DNA of 64,000 nucleotides from Burkholderiales bacterium (GTDB lineage Bacteria; Pseudomonadota; Gammaproteobacteria; Burkholderiales; Nitrosomonadaceae): NCBI GenBank assembly GCA_024235795.1, contig JACKLR010000002.1, positions 887,225 to 951,224 of the forward strand, read 5' to 3'. Shown piece by piece: positions 61,517 to 64,000 of this stretch (position 1 is its first letter; each line of letters starts with the position of its first letter). The notes under the pieces were generated by a model. It saw only the letters and a program-made list of their open reading frames with translations, ran no database searches and was not told where the DNA came from. The position numbers and the translations under genes were made by a program.

Positions 61517-62551
61517 TTACTTATTATTTCTATAGATCAAAAATAATTCTTCCTGAATAGCACGACTAACAATTTCTTTTAATTTGTAGTACAAATCACG
61601 CTCAAATTGGGTTAATCGTTTTTTACCGCTATGGACTATGTTTGATCTAATTTCATAAATTTTGTCAAATATTTCTAAAATTTCTTCTCTTTCTACAAAA
61701 TTTTTACCAATAAAATATGCACATCTGTTACCAAGTAGTCTACCAATACCAATCAAGTCAGACACTTTCTTATCACCAAATAAAATTTCCAAAGCAACCA
61801 TTGTTTGAATAAAAGAAAGCAGTTCATTATTACCCAAGAAACTTTCAAAATACCATTTAGCAGATAGCATCAACTTTTCAGTAAATTTATCCTGAGAAAG
61901 TACTAGAGCTAATACCTCCAATATTTCTTTTATTGATTTGATATTAGAAGAGTTTATATCCAAGCCATATAAAACTTCAGCAAAGTCTTGGTTTAATTCA
62001 ATAGATTTTATATATTTCCAAGGCGAATCTTCTTGATGCACATGTACTAAATTACTAATGCGAGCCAGTAATAATGGACGTCGCCTCTGATTAACATTTA
62101 ATAATTTTATGGCTATTGCTATTCCTAGAAATGATTTAAAAATATCAATAGCTTCATTCTCAGAATTCGTTGAAATATACTTACTCTTGCATACAAAACC
62201 ACTGTATTGGACTTGTATATATGAGATTTCCTTAATCAAAAATAAGGGTTCATTAACATTTTTCTCAGAAAAGGAATCATTTGAATTCAGTTCTAAATTG
62301 TATGCTTTGATAAATTTTTCATTTGGTTTAATTATTTTAATCTTATCGGAAAGCTCATGGGTATCACCTTCAACAAACTTAGAAATCTGGGAATTCAACC
62401 TAAAAGTAAAAATATATTTCCATGGAAGACTATTAAATGACTTAATTAATCGTTCTGATACTTTATGGCTATCTTGATATCCTTCAATTTGTGTTAGTTT
62501 TCTTTTAGGTATATTAGGATCATAATCGAGTTTATCACTTAACTCCTCAGA
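61517..62551 (-). pseudogene. HEPN (Apea-like) domain protein, 5'-truncated by IS21 insertion
   Basis: C-terminal MVALEILF and YEIRSNIVHSG (Rx4H). The frame stays open with no ATG/GTG/TTG start for 51 codons upstream of 62398, up to the IS end. Confidence 0.78.
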
Positions 62552-62558
62552 TGTCAGT

Positions 62559-62652
62559 TTTCACCCCAATAGAGCCAGTCCAATTTCACCGTAATGGAGC
62601 CAGTGAAATTTCACTGTAATGGAACCATTTAATTTTCACCATAATGGAGCCA
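62559..62652 (+). repeat. Four subterminal repeats (TTTCACC.TAATGGAGCCA consensus), period 25 bp
   Basis: Copies start at 62559, 62584, 62609 and 62634; this is typical of IS21 transposase-binding arrays. Confidence 0.88.
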
Positions 62653-62737
62653 TTCACTAGGCATCATTAACCAGATTTCAGGTTCGGATTTTCTATTACT
62701 GCTGGTTATTCTGTTGATTTTTTATCAGAGGATAACC

Positions 62738-64000
62738 ATGAGCAACAGGAGATTCGAAATGTTTGAATATCGTCAAATCATAGTTCGCATGAGACTTGGA
62801 GATTCCGACCGGGCATTAGCCAGAGCTGGGCTGATTGGTCGGCCCAAAGCCAAGGCGCTGCGGCAAATTGCCTTGCAACAGGGCTGGCTGGATACAGACC
62901 GTCATCTGCCGGATGATGAAGTGCTTGCACAGTACTTGAATCAACGGGCACAAGAATCCTCTACAACGACAGGTTCCTGCGTTGAACCTTACCGTGATAC
63001 CGTCGCGCAATGGGTTGCCAACGGGGTACAAGCCAAGACTATCTACCAAACCCTGGTACGCAACAATCGGTTCGCCGGCAGTTACGCCTCTGTTTATCGG
63101 TTTGTCCGTTTATTAAAGCCAACACAGCCCAATGCCACCATGCATCTAGAGTTTGAACCTGCCGAAGCGGCGCAGGTTGACTTTGGTACAGGCCCGAGAC
63201 TGGTTGATACCCGAACGGGCGAAGAACTTAAAACCTGGTTCTTTCTGATGACACTGTGCTGGAGTCGCCATCAGTATGCCGAGCTTGTCCTGAACCAGAA
63301 GGTTGACACCTGGCTGAACTGTCACCGCCATGCTTTTGAATGGTTCAATGGCGTTCCTGGGCGGATCATTATTGATAACGCCAAATGTGCAATTACCCGT
63401 GCCTGCATCTATGACCCCCAAGTGCAAAGAGCTTATGCGCAATGTGCCGAAGGCTATGGTTTTAAAATCGATGCCTGTCCACCTCGACAGCCGCAGAAAA
63501 AAGGGCGTGTGGAATCGGGTATCAAATATCTCAAGCACAGTTTTACACCGTTACGCGAATTCCGGAATCTACAGGATGCCAACCGGCAATTGCATGACTG
63601 GATACTCCATGTAGCGGGCAACCGTATTCATGGTTCCACCCATGAAAAGCCCTTGTCACGCTTCAGCCTGGAGCAACCGCTGTTGACACCTTTGCCAACC
63701 AATCCACCGGAACTGGCCAGCTGGCACAAGGTCAAGGTGCATCGGGACAGTCATGTGCAGTTTGAGAAATGCTTGTACTCGGTGCCATTCAGACTGATCG
63801 GCCAGTCGCTTTGGTTAAAAGCCAGTTCTGCGACCATCCGGGTTTTCCGTGACCATGAACTGGTAGCTGTACACCCCCGGCAATCGCGCCCTGGTGCGCG
63901 TTCCACTTCAGATGACCATCTGCCGCCGGAGGCCATTGCCTGGAAAATGCGCGACCCTCAGTGGTGCCTGAAACAATCGGAAGCAATCGGTAAACACTGT
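62738..64000 (+). CDS. istA: IS21 transposase IstA (3' partial; missing from the ORF track because no stop falls in the window)
   Basis: MSNRRFEMFEYRQIIVRMR start; AQVDFG, IIIDNAKC and KGRVESGIKY (DDE) lie in one frame. Confidence 0.93.
   Translation, partial: MSNRRFEMFEYRQIIVRMRLGDSDRALARAGLIGRPKAKALRQIALQQGWLDTDRHLPDDEVLAQYLNQRAQESSTTTGSCVEPYRDTVAQWVANGVQAKTIYQTLVRNNRFAGSYASVYRFVRLLKPTQPNATMHLEFEPAEAAQVDFGTGPRLVDTRTGEELKTWFFLMTLCWSRHQYAELVLNQKVDTWLNCHRHAFEWFNGVPGRIIIDNAKCAITRACIYDPQVQRAYAQCAEGYGFKIDACPPRQPQKKGRVESGIKYLKHSFTPLREFRNLQDANRQLHDWILHVAGNRIHGSTHEKPLSRFSLEQPLLTPLPTNPPELASWHKVKVHRDSHVQFEKCLYSVPFRLIGQSLWLKASSATIRVFRDHELVAVHPRQSRPGARSTSDDHLPPEAIAWKMRDPQWCLKQSEAIGKHC

Larger units (their letters stand above)
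62552..64000 (+). mobile_element. IS21-family insertion sequence (left part; continues beyond window)
   Basis: Begins TGTCAGTTTTCACC, has four 25-bp-period subterminal repeats, then istA. Confidence 0.9.

Noticed and set aside
62559-62652. Short regularly spaced repeats resembling a mini-CRISPR
   Set aside because: Spacers are only ~6 nt, there are no cas genes, and the array sits at an IS21 terminus.
63146-63986. Track ORFs within the IS (63146-63538, 63330-63614, 63751-63986)
   Set aside because: Antisense or off-frame shadows of the uninterrupted istA frame starting at 62738.

Overview
Chromosomal window from a betaproteobacterial ammonia oxidiser, almost certainly Nitrosomonas: it carries a complete haoA-haoB-cycA-cycB cluster plus dnaB, rpsT and rhlE. 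A marine or halotolerant lineage is inferred from the BCCT transporter and the acidic cytochrome tails. 1-14.6 kb: distal end of an extracellular contractile injection system (eCIS) locus. It has a tape-measure gene, an Afp15-like AAA ATPase and a translationally coupled membrane protein with a PG-binding motif and a catalytically dead GH18-like barrel. Four modular cargo genes follow. They share an N-terminal leader and a VQR-type junction, carry or lack DUF4157, and end in four unrelated C-terminal payloads. No immunity genes are evident. 14.7-19.6 kb: a prokaryotic pentameric ligand-gated ion channel and two glycosyltransferases. 19.8-25.3 kb: a decayed island at tRNA-Leu(UAA). It holds a signal-less M6 metalloprotease whose C-terminal domain is also encoded as a free 76-aa paralogue (AB5 B-subunit-like pattern), a Cys-rich IS200-TnpA-like protein lacking the catalytic Tyr helix, integrase and IS21 remnants, and a candidate anti-SD sRNA. 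25-39 kb: mostly housekeeping genes and the hao cluster. 39.4-49 kb: a neutral-amino-acid dehydrogenase / 2-oxoacid:ferredoxin oxidoreductase / acyl-CoA synthetase operon with an FNR-like box, followed by class II RNR. 49-61 kb: BCCT, FadL (apparent ATT start), c-di-GMP and two-component genes, and a stand-alone ACP+FabF pair. 61.5-64 kb: a HEPN gene decapitated by an IS21 element. Family assignments are from motif recognition only; no searches were run.
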